Shown one piece after another: positions 27,901 to 39,902 of a DNA stretch of 64,000 bases. Made by a program: the position numbers and the translations under genes. The stretch lies in contig OX597818.1 in NCBI GenBank assembly GCA_951406725.2, positions 23,064,001-23,128,000 of the forward strand, written 5' to 3'. The stretch's first letter is position 1. Every line of letters begins with the position of its first letter. Source of the stretch: Octopus vulgaris. Lineage: Eukaryota. The notes under the pieces were generated by a model. It saw only the letters and a program-made list of their open reading frames with translations, did no database searches and was not told where the DNA came from.

Positions 27901-30900
27901 GTACTTATTCTACCGGTCTCTTTTGCCAAGCCGCTAAGTTATGGTGATGTAAACACACCAGCATCGATTGTTAAGCGATGTTGTGGGGACAAACACACAC
28001 ACACACATATATACATATATACGATGGGCTTCTTTCAGTTTCCATCTAACAAATCCACTCACAAGACTTTGGTCAGCCCAAGGCAATAGTAGAAGACACT
28101 TTGCCCAAGGTGCCACACAGTGGGACTGAACACAGAACCATGTGGTTGGTAAGCAAGTTACTTACCACACAGCCACTCCTGCACCTATATATTAACTAAA
28201 TTTATGAGGGATGGTCACAGCTGGGTTGTGTTTGATCATATATCTTGTCAATGGTAACCAAACTCATGGATAGCTCTGTAGTATGCCCTCAAGGGCATGC
28301 ACATATGTACAGGTCTGTAAAATACTGGTAACTGTGTGCACAAACTGACTCTCCATCAGTTATGACAAGTTTTCCAGTTTATTTGATCGACAGAGTATTC
28401 TGCTCATGAAACTGACATGCAAGTGGCTGAATACACCACGAACGCATGTATGTTTAACGTAATTTTCAGGGAGATTTAGTGTGGCACAGAATGGGACAAG
28501 GCTGACCCTTTGAAATACAGTTGCTACTCGTTTGTACCCAATGACTGGATTGGAGCAACATGATATTAAATGTCTTGCTCAAGGACACATGCCACCAGGA
28601 ATTGAACTAGTGACCCTATGATTGTGAACCAAATATTCTTACTAAGCCATGTGGTGTGCACATATAGATGGGGCATGGAGTCCATAGCATACAGTTGTGG
28701 CATGCACAGATGGATATGTCTGTAACATGCTGGTGTCACATTACTATTTATTTAAATTGATACGAGTAAGTATTTCATAGATTTATTGATTTTTCTCCCA
28801 CCCCCACCCCCTTTGCCTATTCATCTGAGACTGAATTATTTTTATGTTATCATTTTTGTCAATAGTAATTATTGATTTCTCTTGACAACCATAAAGTCGT
28901 TAGTGAAAAGTGGTTTTCAGAATTACTATTCACTTATTTCATTTTATTAAAAAAAAAATAATAATTTCTTGTTAATAATAGAAAAAAGAAAAAAGGAGGC
29001 TACAACTATGATTTTAGACTGTTTCTCCCATTTTTTGTTTGGAAAATGTGTGATACAATTTCTGACTGGGTTGTGTTCATAGGTTCTACTTGACATGACC
29101 TACTGAACACTGCTTTTCAGTGTTACTCTAATAACATACATTCGAATCACTGTCATCATTTTCTTTTCAAATAATCACATTAAGCTAGAGGCACAGACGT
29201 GGCTGTGTGGTAAGAAGTTTGCTTCTCAACCACATGGTTCTTGGTTCAGTCTCACAATGTGGCACCTTGGGCAAGTATCTTCTATAGCCTTGGGCCAAAC
29301 AAATCCTCAAGAGTGGATTTCATAGACAGAAACTGAAAGAAGCTAAATGATAATGATGATGATGATGATGATGCATAGCACAAAATTTACAATAATTAAT
29401 ATTTAGTTATGTGCAGGAATGGCTGCAACCACATGGTTCTGAGTTCAGTCCCACTGTGGGGCACTTCAGGCAAGTGTCTTCTACAATATTACTTATAGTT
29501 CCCAGCTCTGAGCCTGCCAATGTCTTGAGAGGGAATTTGCTTGACGGAACATGTGGAAGCCCATTGTATACATGTATATCTATGTATGTGTGGGTTTGTG
29601 TTTGCCCCTGCCCAACCGCTTGACAACCAATATTAGTTTGTTTACATCACTGGTACTTAATAGTTCAGCAAGAGACTGATGGAATAAATACCACATTTAA
29701 CAAAGGGAAAAAAAACATATACTGGGATCAATTAGTTCAATTAAACCCTTCAAGACAGTGCCCCAGCATTGTCAGAATCCAATAACTAAATTCTCGAACA
29801 TTTACTATTCTTTATTCTTTTCTTTTACTGGTTTCAGTCATTTGACTGTGGCCATGCTGGAGCACTGCATTAAAGGGCTTTAGTCAAAGAATTTGACCCC
29901 TAGTACTTATTCTACCATCCCTTTTGCCAAACTGCTAAGAGGGCATAAACACACCAGTATCAGTTGTCAAGTGATGGTAGGAGGATGTACAATGGGCTTC
30001 TATCAGTTTCTGTTTACCAAATCCACTCAAGGCTTTGGTCAGTGCAAGGCTATAGTAGAAGACACTTGCCAAAGGTGCCATGCAGTGAGACATAACATGG
30101 AACCATATGATTGGGAATCAAGCTTCTTACCACACAGCCATACCTGTACTTCTATTTAGATCTACTGAAGCAACAGTGTACAGTCATTCAGTACAGAAAG
30201 CTCAAGGTTAATGATACTAAAACTTATTGATTCAACAAACTTCATCTTTTATAAGATGGATTTGCTCTCAAACATGTCCAAACATATTCTTATTTCTTTA
30301 TTGCCCACAGAGGGCTAAACATAGATGGGACAGACAAATGGATTAAGTCGATTACATCGACCCCAGTGTGTAACTGGTACTTAATTTATCGACCCCGAAA
30401 GGATGAAAGGCAAAGTCGTCCAGAACTATTGCTGTAAGTGTATACTTAATGAACTGCAAAAGAGTGCTTGGTGGATACCAAAAATTAATGAAAATATTTA
30501 GATACTTACAGACTTCACACTTCACTCCTTCCTTCTGAGTAATTCTGTTTATTCTCACCAAAGGCGTGTTACCAATATTCTGTAGAATATTATCCAAAAT
30601 TTTGGGACGGGGTTTACTGCAAACAATGATGTAAATAAATCAATAAGATTTTAACAATCAAGACAAAACTTTTCAATTGCTAATGCCATTAAAATATTTA
30701 TTATTTCTGTTAAATTCAACACAAGATTTGCACCATGAATTAAACATGCATGGTGATATGTCTGAATTCACACAAAGATTTGTATTTGAATGTACAAATA
30801 AAAGGTAAATATAATACATGAAAGAGTTTATAATAATGAAATTATTGTATACAGTGCTCAGGTGCACCACAACTTGTCAGAGAGCGCATATAAAGCACAT

Positions 30901-32875
30901 GCAGTAATGTACAAATGTCTGGAAAGCGAACAATGCATGAGTCAGTATGGAGGGGAGAAAATCAGGTGTAGTGTTGGCGAATCTCAGAAAGCATGGAAGT
31001 TTTGAAGGATGCAGTGCTCCGACAACTAACAACTGATGCCAGCAGTTTGTTCCATGCTTCAGCAACTCTCAGCGTGAAAAAATGTTTCCTAAAGTCATGG
31101 GAGCTGTGCTGTTTTCTGACTTTGTAAATATGTCCACGGGTGTTAGATGGGTGGAGTTTGAAAAGGTGCTCAGAGTTATTGTTTGTACGATGGTTGATAA
31201 TTTTATGGGTGTCTGCCAAGTCAGCTGCCAGATGTTGGAGTTTCAATGTGTCCATGCCCAGGGAAGTAAGGCAAGACACCCTCAGCCTTGTTGACAATTT
31301 TAGCGATGTGTTTTGTCCAACGCAAATCACTGTCGACAATAACACCCAGGTCACGTTCACATGAAGACTTTTTGAGACTAGTGTTGTGGAGGGAGTAGGT
31401 GGACGCTGGGTTTCTCCTCCCAAAATGCATAGTGGTACATTTGTCCACAGCCAGCTTGAGTTGCCAGTCCATGAGCCACTGCTGCATTGTGTCCAGGTCT
31501 GCTTGCAATAGAGATCTATAGTGTACAGGATCTGACCTCTTTATTTCGAGGTACAGCTTGATGTCATCTGCATATTTCAGCACTGTGGCATTCTTTAAGT
31601 TGGTATCTATGTCATTAACATATGCAACAAATAAAAGGGGGCCAAGAACAGATCCCTGTGGTACACCAGATGTCATCTCATAGGGCGAAGAGTGCTGTCC
31701 TAGAACTGTGACAACCTCTTTTTGGCCGAAAATCAAGGACTTCAACCAGTTATAGAGTTCGTCTCTTATGCCCAACGCAGAGAGCTTCACCATAAGTCTT
31801 TTGTGTGGCACAGAGTTAAAAGCCTGAAAGCCTTTTATGTATTTGAAGTTAGATTTTGATAATCATCATTTTGACATCCACTGTTCCATGCTTGAATGGG
31901 TTGAATGGAGTTTACTGAAGCAGATTTTCATGGCTAGATGCCCTTCTTCACCTGTTTCCAAGCAAGGTAATGTTTCTCCATGGTTAGACATGACTTTGCA
32001 GAATGTTGTATGACAGTGACGCACATTTACAATAATTACATGATGTCAAAACAAGAAGTCACAACCACACACACACACATATATATGTGCAATGAGCATC
32101 TTTCAGTTTCTGTCATTTAATTCCACTCACAAGGTTTTAGTTAACTTGGGGCTACAACTGAAAACACTTGCCCAAGGTGCCAAACAATGGGATTGAATTC
32201 AAAACATGTGGCAGGGAAACAAATTTCCCAATCATACAGCTACATGTGCATGTAAGTAATTAATAAAATGTAGGATTTTACACACATGTGTGCATGAGAT
32301 AGATAGATAGATAGATTGAGACAGACAGACAGACAGACAAAACAAAAGCAAAAATTCATTCAGTACATTAAGCACAGTTTCTATTTGTAGATGAGCAGGT
32401 GGAGACTCGCAAAGTCACCAGCCAGAGTTTCATAGAAATGAGAGCATATCTAACTGATCAGATCTCCTCTACAAGTGAAACTTTAGCAGCATTCAGCTAG
32501 AAAGGCAGGTCTTTGAAAGTAGGTAAGCTTGGTTTCCCACTGGATGAGCCATACCACATGAAAATATGTTATTAAAAGCTTGTTATGCATTACATCTGGG
32601 AGAGATGCCTCAAAAAACCTAGAGTTAGAAAACACAATATATTTCAAAGTTTGAAGTTATGGAGGAAGACATTTTCTCAAGGCTCCATACAGTAGATTAA
32701 AATACAAAACCAAAAAGTAGCAAAGTGGACGTTTTAATCCATGGGTCATGACTGCAAAACAGCAATAATGACTATATACTTTAACTCTCCACTATGTTAA
32801 GATAGCTATGTAAACATATATTTGAATCAGGTTAATTCATATGTAAAAAAACAACTATGTAGGACAGATAAGTAA

Positions 32876-32914
<39 letters not shown>

Positions 32915-33166
32915 AATTTCTCTCTCTTTGTGTGTGTACACACACACACACACACATATATATGTAGTATATGCATATGCTACATATGTGTGTGTATATA
33001 CATATATATTCAGAGAGAGTGATACTTACATAAGTACATATATACATGCAGATAAATAAATAATAGGTACATAGATAAACATCTATATATTTACATTAAA
33101 CCTACCAACAAGTATATACATACATGCAGACAATTATACAAAGATTTATATATATATACACACACA

Positions 33167-33202
<36 letters not shown>

Positions 33203-36200
33203 CGTACATATACACTTGCGTCAGAAATTAATTAGCACTTCTCAAATTTCTGCATTAAATAGGTTAAATCAATTAACCTATGAGCTGTTCAAAACGTCTT
33301 ACGCGATGAGAAAACTTAGTATGGTGTGATTTCGGTCCTTGCGAGGCGCTACCTATATCTATTAAACAAAGGAAGATTTGTCTGCATCCGCACTCCAAGT
33401 TGTTGTTGCACTGCTATGTCAACATCATAAGGCTGTAGACTCTCAAACTGCTCTGCAAACAAAGTTACGTCATCGTTCTGCGCAACAGTGAACTCGCAAC
33501 AAAGCAATAGTTCGAGATATGGCCACTAGGTGACAGCACATACCTTGAGTGAAGAGCAAATCAAGGGTGCTAATTAATTTCTGACGGTAGTGTACATACA
33601 TATAAATATATAACCAACAGACATGTATATATGAGCAAAACGCCCCCCACCCCGTCCAATAGAAGGTGCTGAGTTGTCAAACATTTAAACCAAATTTTCT
33701 CAAAACAACTTGTCCGACCATCCCATTTTGTGGCATTATTTCAAGCCAGCCAGCTTTTTTTGCACAAACTGCACATGCATTTTTCTCACGTACACATAGT
33801 ATCAATCGCAACAGCTAATGTACTGGCATGTACAAATGCATGTTCCCACAGCTTTATCGATCACATTCTCACCTGGAATCGATTTTTGTAATTTTTTCAA
33901 GACTTATACATGCCCTGATACTGTCAGTATCTACATATCAAATTTGAGTGCAATCGAATGGAGGATGCCTGAGATCCTAAAAGACACACACACAGACAGA
34001 CAGAACGGATTTTATATAATAGATTATAGCATGTAACTAATGGGTTGGAAGCCCCTTTTGTATAGAAAAAGTCAAAGGAGGTATGTGTTTGTGTCCCATG
34101 GCCAACATTCAATTTTCTGTCCAAAAGGGTTTTTAAGCCTATTATTTATATGTTATTTATGTGTGCTTTGAGATCAACTAACCTAAATTCTGCTCATATC
34201 ATACTATAATGGGTTTAATGTCCGTCTGTACTCACATCATGGCCAAACAGTTAGGCCAATTGGCATGAAACTTTGTAGGGGTGTTCGGGGGATCTCTAGG
34301 GTGGTTTATATATATATAGGTTTAGTCTCTCCCCCACCCTATTTTCAGAGAAATTCCATCAATTGAGGTAACTTTGGCACCTGGAGATAACTTTGGCAGA
34401 AGGAATAGGGTGGCCTATACCCTCCTAAAGGGACATGCTTGACCTCCTCCTCCTTCTGCCCCACTACCACCCTCTACCCAAGTAATACCATCAATTGAGG
34501 CAAATTTGGCACCCAGACATAAGTCTTGTAAGAGGAATAGAGAGGCTTACCTTTTCCCCCAGAGATCAGTTCGACCTCTTCTTCCCTCCCTGCCCCACCC
34601 CTTCTCCCTCTATTGAGTTATATTGTCGAATGAAGTGACTTTGGGAACCTGTGAGTTTGAGAGTCACAGCTCTCCTTTCAAATACATGAACAGTTTCGAA
34701 ACATTGTTTACAAAATAATAGCTGATCATTTGCGAAGGAACGTGTCTACAGTCAACACTTAGGATTTTTGCTCTGGTAAGTTTTCCTACTATGTATCATA
34801 CTATGATGTATAAAACAGTGGATGACATGATATGTATGCATTATATTACACATTAATTAAAATGTAACAAAAAAGTTTTATCCATCGGGACTACCAGTAC
34901 ACAAAATAACTTTGAAGAAGGGTTGTCTGATTATGCTGCTTCAGAATTTTGACCCAGCTAATGGAACTTATCTCTCACGTCATCGAAGCAGTGATAGCAA
35001 CTGGTCCTCACACTGGCACACATTTGTTTATACCACAGATACCTCTGATGCCTTCAGATAGTCAGTTTCCATTTCAGTTACAATGCAGGCAGTTTCCTAT
35101 CAAATTAGCCTTCTCCTTTACGGCCAACAAAGTCTCAGGGCCAGACTTTGGATCACACCATGTTCACGTATGGCCAGCTGTATGTAGCGATGAGTAAGGC
35201 AACAGATTCAGCTAATTTGAAACTTAATTGAGGACAAACGGAGAATATTGTTTACAAAGAGGTTTTATAAAGATAGCACCATGAACGTGTTATGTAAATG
35301 TTTACATATATATTGTTCAATAAGGTACACTATATAGTTTAGCACTATCAAATGACTAAAAATAAGTACATTACAACTTAAATTGTCTCGATTTCTACCC
35401 TGCTCTTATTACCCATCATAGGTGGATAAGTTTGCTAGTATATATATATATAAATATATAAATCAAAACAAAATGAAGAACAAACACAAAATAACAAAGC
35501 GAGGATGTGGTACATGTAAAGTATTAGCTCAGGGAAGGAAAGAAAGATGGTTTAATGTTTCGAGTAAAGCTCTTCTTCAGAAACAGTAGAAAGTCCAATA
35601 GGAAAGAAGAAAATTAAACAGACTGCAATAAAGCATTACCCCAATGATCCAGTGCAGTCAGACATCCAAATGCATTTGGAACATCCAATGCTGAATTCTA
35701 AATAACTGCAATGGGGAAACTTACATAAGAACTAAATATTTATTCTGGTGTTTATCTTAATTTCCACAACATAAGTTCAGTATTTGATAATTAGTAACTC
35801 TGCTAAGTACAGTGGTCAACTAACTACTACACTGGAAAGTAATGATAATCTATATGGAGCTCTAATTCATACAATAGTAGTTGTTCATCTAACTGTACAC
35901 AGAAGTTTTATATATATATATATTTATTAATTGAAGTGTACAGTATTATATATCCATTAAGGCTGATCTTACCAATCGGTTTAACGCTAGAGAATCAATG
36001 GAGTGTTAGGTAACAGTCTGATTATGTAACCCTGTGCTCATCAGAAGTAGCTGTAATGAAACAAAGTCACCATATTTCATTCGATAATGGCTACCTCTGA
36101 TGAGCGCAGAGATACATAATTGGACTGTTACCTAATACTCCATTGAATTCCTAGTGTGAAACTGATTCGTAAGATCAGCCAAAATGGATATATAATACTG

Positions 36201-38934
36201 TATACTTCGATTAATATACCTACTCTATTGACAGATATACAAGAGCATTGTTTCCTGACTTATGTACTTCACCATCACCATCATTATTTAATGTCCGTTG
36301 TCCATGCTGGCATGAGTTGAACAGTTTGACTGGGCTAGCACACTGGAAGTCTGCACATCCATCCTAATGCCAACCACTCTGAGAGTGTAATGGGTGCTTT
36401 TATGTGCCACTGGCGTGGGTGCCGTTTGTATGATACCAAGGTGCATTTACGTGCCACCAGTATCTGCCATGACTAGGATTTTGCTTGGCTTGATGAAACT
36501 TCTCAAGCAAGACATAAAGCCAAAGGAACTCAACCACTTTGCTTCTGTGAGGCCCAACACTCAAAAGAAACTCAGCCACTTTCCCTCCATGAGGCCCAAT
36601 GCTCGAAAGGAACTCAGCTGCTTTGTGTCCATGAAGCTCAATGCTCGAAAGGAACTCAGCCACTTTGCCTCCATGAGGCCCAACACTTGAATGGAATTTA
36701 GCCACTTTGCATCCATGAGGCCCAACTCTCGAAAATAACTAAGCCATTTTGCCTTCATGAGGTTCAAAAAGATGTTCTTTATGTGCCACCAGCACAGGTA
36801 CACTTGGCTTGATGGGTTGTCTCATGCATAGTGCATTGCCAAAGGTCTTGGTCACCAGTCATTGCCTTTGTAAGGCTCAAAGATCATGCTTCACCACTTC
36901 ATCCCATGTCTTCCTGGGTCTACCTCTGCCACAGGTTCCCTCCACAGTTAGAGATCGGCACTCTTTACACAGCTGTCCTTGTCCATATTCATCACATGAC
37001 CATACCAGCACACTCGTCTCTCTTGCACACCACATCTGATGCTCTTATGCCTAACTTTTCTCTGAAAATGCTTACACTCTGTTGAACATGCACACTGACA
37101 CTGCACATCCAGCGAAGCATACTGGGTACAGTTCTGTCAAGCCTATGCAATTCCTTGGCTGTTTCCCTGCCATGCAGCATAGTGTTCTGACATAGGCATA
37201 AAAAAATCTGCCTTTTACTCTAAGAGAGAGGCCCTATGTTGCCATCAAGTATAGGAACCCTCTGAAATTTGCCCAGCCTAATCTTATTCTCACAGCTATG
37301 CTCTCGGAGCATCCACCTCCACAACTAACTTGGTCACCTAAATAACAGAAGCTATCTACTACCTCTATCTTGTCCCCCTGGAAATTGATGGAGTCTATTT
37401 TCTGTGCATTTTCAGTGTTTATGTGCATCTTCCACATACAAAATTTAGTTTCCTTGTTAACCTTCCTCTGATGTTGCTGTACCTTTTGTCTGTCCAAGGC
37501 TTACACTGGGTGCACCTCATGGAGTTTCTACCTACACCTTTTCTACAAATTGAGCAGGGCCATCTACCTGAAGTAATTTGTGATTTGCCTGCCTTCTTAG
37601 TTATTAAGGTACACACACACACAAAAAAAAAAGGGTGAAGCAAAGCAAAGTTGGGCTCAGTAGTAGGCTCCACAATCCACTCCAGTATCCAATATTGTAA
37701 AACATATATGTTATAAATTGGCAGTGTAGTTAAGAAGTTCGTTTCTCAACCATGTGGTTTTAAGTTCAGTCCCACTACACAGTATGTTGAGCAGGCGTCT
37801 TCTATGTAGCTTTTGGCCAGCCAACCACCACCTCACAAATGAACTTTGAAAACAGATACAGTCTGGAAACTCAATGTGTGTGTGCATGTGCACATGCATG
37901 TGTGTGTGTGAGTGCATATATGTATCAATGCGAATGTTTATATTCTGCGATTTGTATGAAGACACATTGAGCTACACTTGTAACATTTGTTGACATTTCC
38001 TGCCAACCTCAATAACATATATTCACGTAACACATGTTAGTCTCTAAAAACAGATGTAACAGATGGTTAAAATTTAATAATTGATATTATAAAACATTTT
38101 GCAAGTAATAATCTAAAACTGCAAAATAATTTTATCCCTTGATTTTTTATAATTATTCTTATTTTGGGGGTTAATTATCATCATAAACTAAGTATAAAGT
38201 GTGATATTTGATTATGTTAGACAGTAGAGGAATAGTGCTATATGCTAGTAGTTAAGTGACTGAAATTATGGAATGGATTTTTCAATTTTAGATATTTGCA
38301 TTCAGATGTAGGTGCTTGTCTCTGATCATAATCACACCTTAATGAAGCAGTGGCTTAAATGTAGTAAGACACCATTATCAATCATTTATCAATTATTTAC
38401 TTTGTTTTTATCTTCTGTAAAAATGTTACTGTATTTGATGGCATATAACATTCTAAAAGAATGTCTCAAAAAGAAAAAAAAAAGATCACCCTGGGTCAAT
38501 ATGCAAAGTTGGGCATATATTACATGGTTTAAAACACTAAAAACATTATCCAGAATGTGCGCTGCTAAAATTGGGGTGCATCTAATATGTCACTGTCTTT
38601 TATGCTATCAAATACAAAACAATCATATTTAAACACACACACACAGTATCTCTCAGCCAAATTTTACTCAAGGTATTAGTCAATGTGAGGTCATCATAGA
38701 AGACACTTGCCTAAGGTTCCACAGAGTGGTTAAAAAGTAACAAAGAAAAACACAACAAAGATAAGCACGTTATAAATATACCTACACAGATTTATGCAAA
38801 TGTGGTGAATCTTCCACTTTTTTTGAACTTGCGTGGTAAGTGCAACGACTTGGTAGGTCAGGACGTCTCCATTGTCGAAATGGGGAAAATCGCTCGTCGT
38901 TTTTGTGCAGTTTACTATGGCTATCATTCACCAT
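6162..38934 (-). CDS. CBS: Cystathionine beta-synthase, complete spliced CDS (15 coding exons, 1614 nt, 537 aa)
   Basis: Exons join in frame with GT-AG introns. Heme motif PDLPSRC...SPH, PLP lysine motif [23 protein letters not shown], CxxC (CPNC), VEGIGYDF, and C-terminal Bateman (CBS) domains. Confidence 0.97.
7283..7597 (+). mobile_element. Octopus tRNA-derived SINE family A, partial
   Basis: Same body and tail (ggcaagtgtcttctactatagcc...gactgaaacaagtaaaagagta) as the copies at 45097 and 52333. Confidence 0.85.
8399..8483 (-). CDS. CBS: CBS coding exon 14
   Basis: 85 nt, [28 protein letters not shown]; tttag / gtaagt. Confidence 0.93.
8599..8707 (-). CDS. CBS: CBS coding exon 13
   Basis: 109 nt, [36 protein letters not shown]; cttag / gtaaat. 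Confidence 0.94.
9288..9422 (-). CDS. CBS: CBS coding exon 12 (CBS1 domain)
   Basis: 135 nt, [44 protein letters not shown]; ttccag / gtaagt. Confidence 0.94.
9678..9755 (-). CDS. CBS: CBS coding exon 11
   Basis: 78 nt, [25 protein letters not shown](W); tgtag / gttggt. Confidence 0.9.
10571..10678 (-). ncRNA. Type I hammerhead ribozyme motif (Penelope/retrozyme-like)
   Basis: Minus strand: CTGATGA, long stem II (agct...agct), GAAA, CGGCCG, TA. Helix III is the palindrome ACGGCCGT; stem I is imperfect. Confidence 0.7.
10735..11039 (-). mobile_element. SINE family A
   Basis: Reverse complement of the 45097 copy. Confidence 0.85.
11217..11344 (-). ncRNA. Type I hammerhead ribozyme motif
   Basis: Minus strand: atct-CTGAAGA-ggccgtg...catggct-GAAA-CAGCTG-TA-agat. 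Stem I atct/agat, 7-bp base of stem II, palindromic helix III ACAGCTGT. Confidence 0.8.
12719..13118 (-). mobile_element. SINE family A, full-length young copy
   Basis: Near-identical reverse complement of 45097-45512, with tRNA-like head and (tactcttt)n tail. Confidence 0.9.
13261..13372 (-). CDS. CBS: CBS coding exon 10
   Basis: 112 nt, [37 protein letters not shown](M); cctag / gtaagt. Confidence 0.95.
14011..14095 (-). CDS. CBS: CBS coding exon 9
   Basis: 85 nt, [28 protein letters not shown]; ttccag / gtaaga. Confidence 0.95.
16229..16354 (-). CDS. CBS: CBS coding exon 8
   Basis: 126 nt, [42 protein letters not shown]; ttctag / gtaagt. Confidence 0.96.
17374..17465 (-). CDS. CBS: CBS coding exon 7
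   Basis: 92 nt, [31 protein letters not shown]; ttcag / gtgagt. Confidence 0.96.
19420..19489 (-). CDS. CBS: CBS coding exon 6
   Basis: 70 nt, [23 protein letters not shown]; tttcag / gtaagt. Confidence 0.95.
19502..20790 (+). mobile_element. RTE-clade LINE, truncated and decayed RT
   Basis: [45 protein letters not shown] motifs, with stops and a nested SINE. Confidence 0.92.
19955..20166 (-). mobile_element. MetaSINE-like element nested in the RTE
   Basis: Contains the reverse complement of the gcctttcatcctttcgggg-gataaattaagtacc core; interrupts the RT after VNLAKT. Confidence 0.85.
21928..22062 (-). CDS. CBS: CBS coding exon 5
   Basis: 135 nt, [45 protein letters not shown]; tgtag / gtaaat. 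Confidence 0.96.
22888..22967 (-). CDS. CBS: CBS coding exon 4
   Basis: 80 nt, [27 protein letters not shown]; tttag / gttagt. Confidence 0.95.
25064..25198 (-). CDS. CBS: CBS coding exon 3 (PLP lysine)
   Basis: 135 nt, [45 protein letters not shown]; tttcag / gtcaga. Confidence 0.97.
25975..26487 (-). mobile_element. Non-autonomous Helitron
   Basis: Minus strand starts TCTATATATATAAAA and ends with a subterminal hairpin plus CTAG; the 3' end is shared with 39903-40280. Confidence 0.75.
26785..27650. mobile_element. piggyBac-type non-autonomous element
   Basis: TTAA at 26781-26784 and 27651-27654, termini cccgttgac / gtcaagggg. Confidence 0.75.
27805..28187 (-). mobile_element. SINE family A
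   Basis: Reverse complement of the 45097 copy. Confidence 0.85.
30510..30616 (-). CDS. CBS: CBS coding exon 2
   Basis: 107 nt, [35 protein letters not shown]; tttgcag / gtaagt. Confidence 0.95.
30850..31825 (-). mobile_element. CR1/L2-group LINE 3' fragment
   Basis: [49 protein letters not shown]; frameshifted. Confidence 0.92.
33213..33592. mobile_element. Tc1/mariner-type MITE
   Basis: 26-bp TIRs (cacttgcgtcagaaattaattagcac / gtgctaattaatttctgacggtagtg, 24 of 26 match) with TA on both sides. Confidence 0.85.
34199..35438 (+). mobile_element. Helitron derivative with RepHel (PIF1-like helicase) C-terminal remnant
   Basis: 34949-35270 reads [34 protein letters not shown]...GQLYVAMS...[10 protein letters not shown] across frameshifts; ends in CTAG at 35435-35438. 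The 5' boundary is approximate. Confidence 0.8.
35550..35584 (-). ncRNA. Minimal hammerhead motif, degenerate
   Basis: gttt-CTGAAGA-a-gag cttta ctc-GAAA-catt-aaac; helix III reads AACATT rather than the self-complementary AACGTT. Confidence 0.55.
35925..36216. mobile_element. Fold-back (inverted) Penelope-like element with hammerhead motifs in both arms
   Basis: Imperfect inverted arms of about 130 bp centred near 36070. Plus arm has CTGATGA 36097-36103, GAAA 36158-36161, GTA 36169-36171. Confidence 0.7.
36270..37610 (-). mobile_element. RTE-clade LINE 3' fragment including 3' UTR and (GAT)n tail
   Basis: [33 protein letters not shown] motifs; homologous to 20170-20790. Confidence 0.9.
36522..36770. 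repeat. 42-bp minisatellite, about 6 copies
   Basis: Unit aaaggaactcagccactttgcctccatgaggcccaacactcg; aactc recurs at 36527, 36569, 36611 and 36653. Confidence 0.9.
38786..38934 (-). CDS. CBS: CBS coding exon 1 (heme-binding region)
   Basis: [49 protein letters not shown](V). Acceptor tttcag 4 nt upstream of the ATG, donor gtaggt, phase 2. Confidence 0.9.
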
Positions 38935-39902
38935 ATTTCTGAAATTTAAACAATTTTAAATTAATAAAAGGAAAGAACACATGAAATAGATTCTTTCAAC
39001 TGTCATGAAAGCATCCTAAAAGTAGTTAATAGCGTTTATTACCTGGGTAGCTGATTAATTGAGGTTGACATTTTGAAAGTATAGTTACTGCAGTAAGAAT
39101 GTGGTGGTGGTGGTGGTGGTGGGGAAAGTTCAAAGAGCTATTAGTGCAGGTTGTATGATACTCAAAGTTGAAGTATAATGGTTAGGATGCAGAAAATTTG
39201 CGATGACTTGAAGGAAATGAGATATGCATAAACCACTGGCTATGTAATATTAGTGTGCATGAATGACAAAGCACAAATGAGTTGAGAGAAAAGCTGAATA
39301 TAAGAATCAGGTGTAGTGTGAAAGAGAGAGGCTATGCTAGCATGGGTTTGTTATGAATATAGAGAATATTAGAGAATATCAGTTGTATAAAGAAGTGTTG
39401 TGGACTCCAAATGTATGAAACCTATAGAAGGGACAAGTGGGATGAAATGAGGAAGGCTGAAAATAATGAAGAATATGACAAAAGACCAACCACAACATGT
39501 GGTGAAGCCTTGTGATAGAGAAAAACCTATCCAACACATTCAAGCATGGTAAAATGGAGGTAGAAACAGGAATATATAATATTTACACTTGGGTCTCCCC
39601 CAACCATTACATTCATATTAAATCTCCATCAATCATTCTCACAGTTTCAATTTTGTTTGATCCTCTTTCCTATCTCTATGTCCCCTTGTTGTTACCTCTC
39701 TTCCATCACACCACTTGTGTAACAAGGGACAAGATTGGATCTGTCTGTATCCAGATCCCCCTATTGTCTCACTTCTTTATTTCTCTTCCACCCAGCATCC
39801 TTCTCTCACTCACTTCCCCATTACTACCTCTTTCATCATTCATTAATGACATCCATCACTCTCTTTTTCATCAACCTATCTCACTCTTACCATATATATC
39901 TC

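Noticed and set aside
36394-36690. ORF with a 14-aa repeat; also a superficially CRISPR-like array
   Set aside because: It is a contiguous 42-bp tandem repeat in a LINE tail, with no unique spacers and no cas genes, in eukaryotic DNA.
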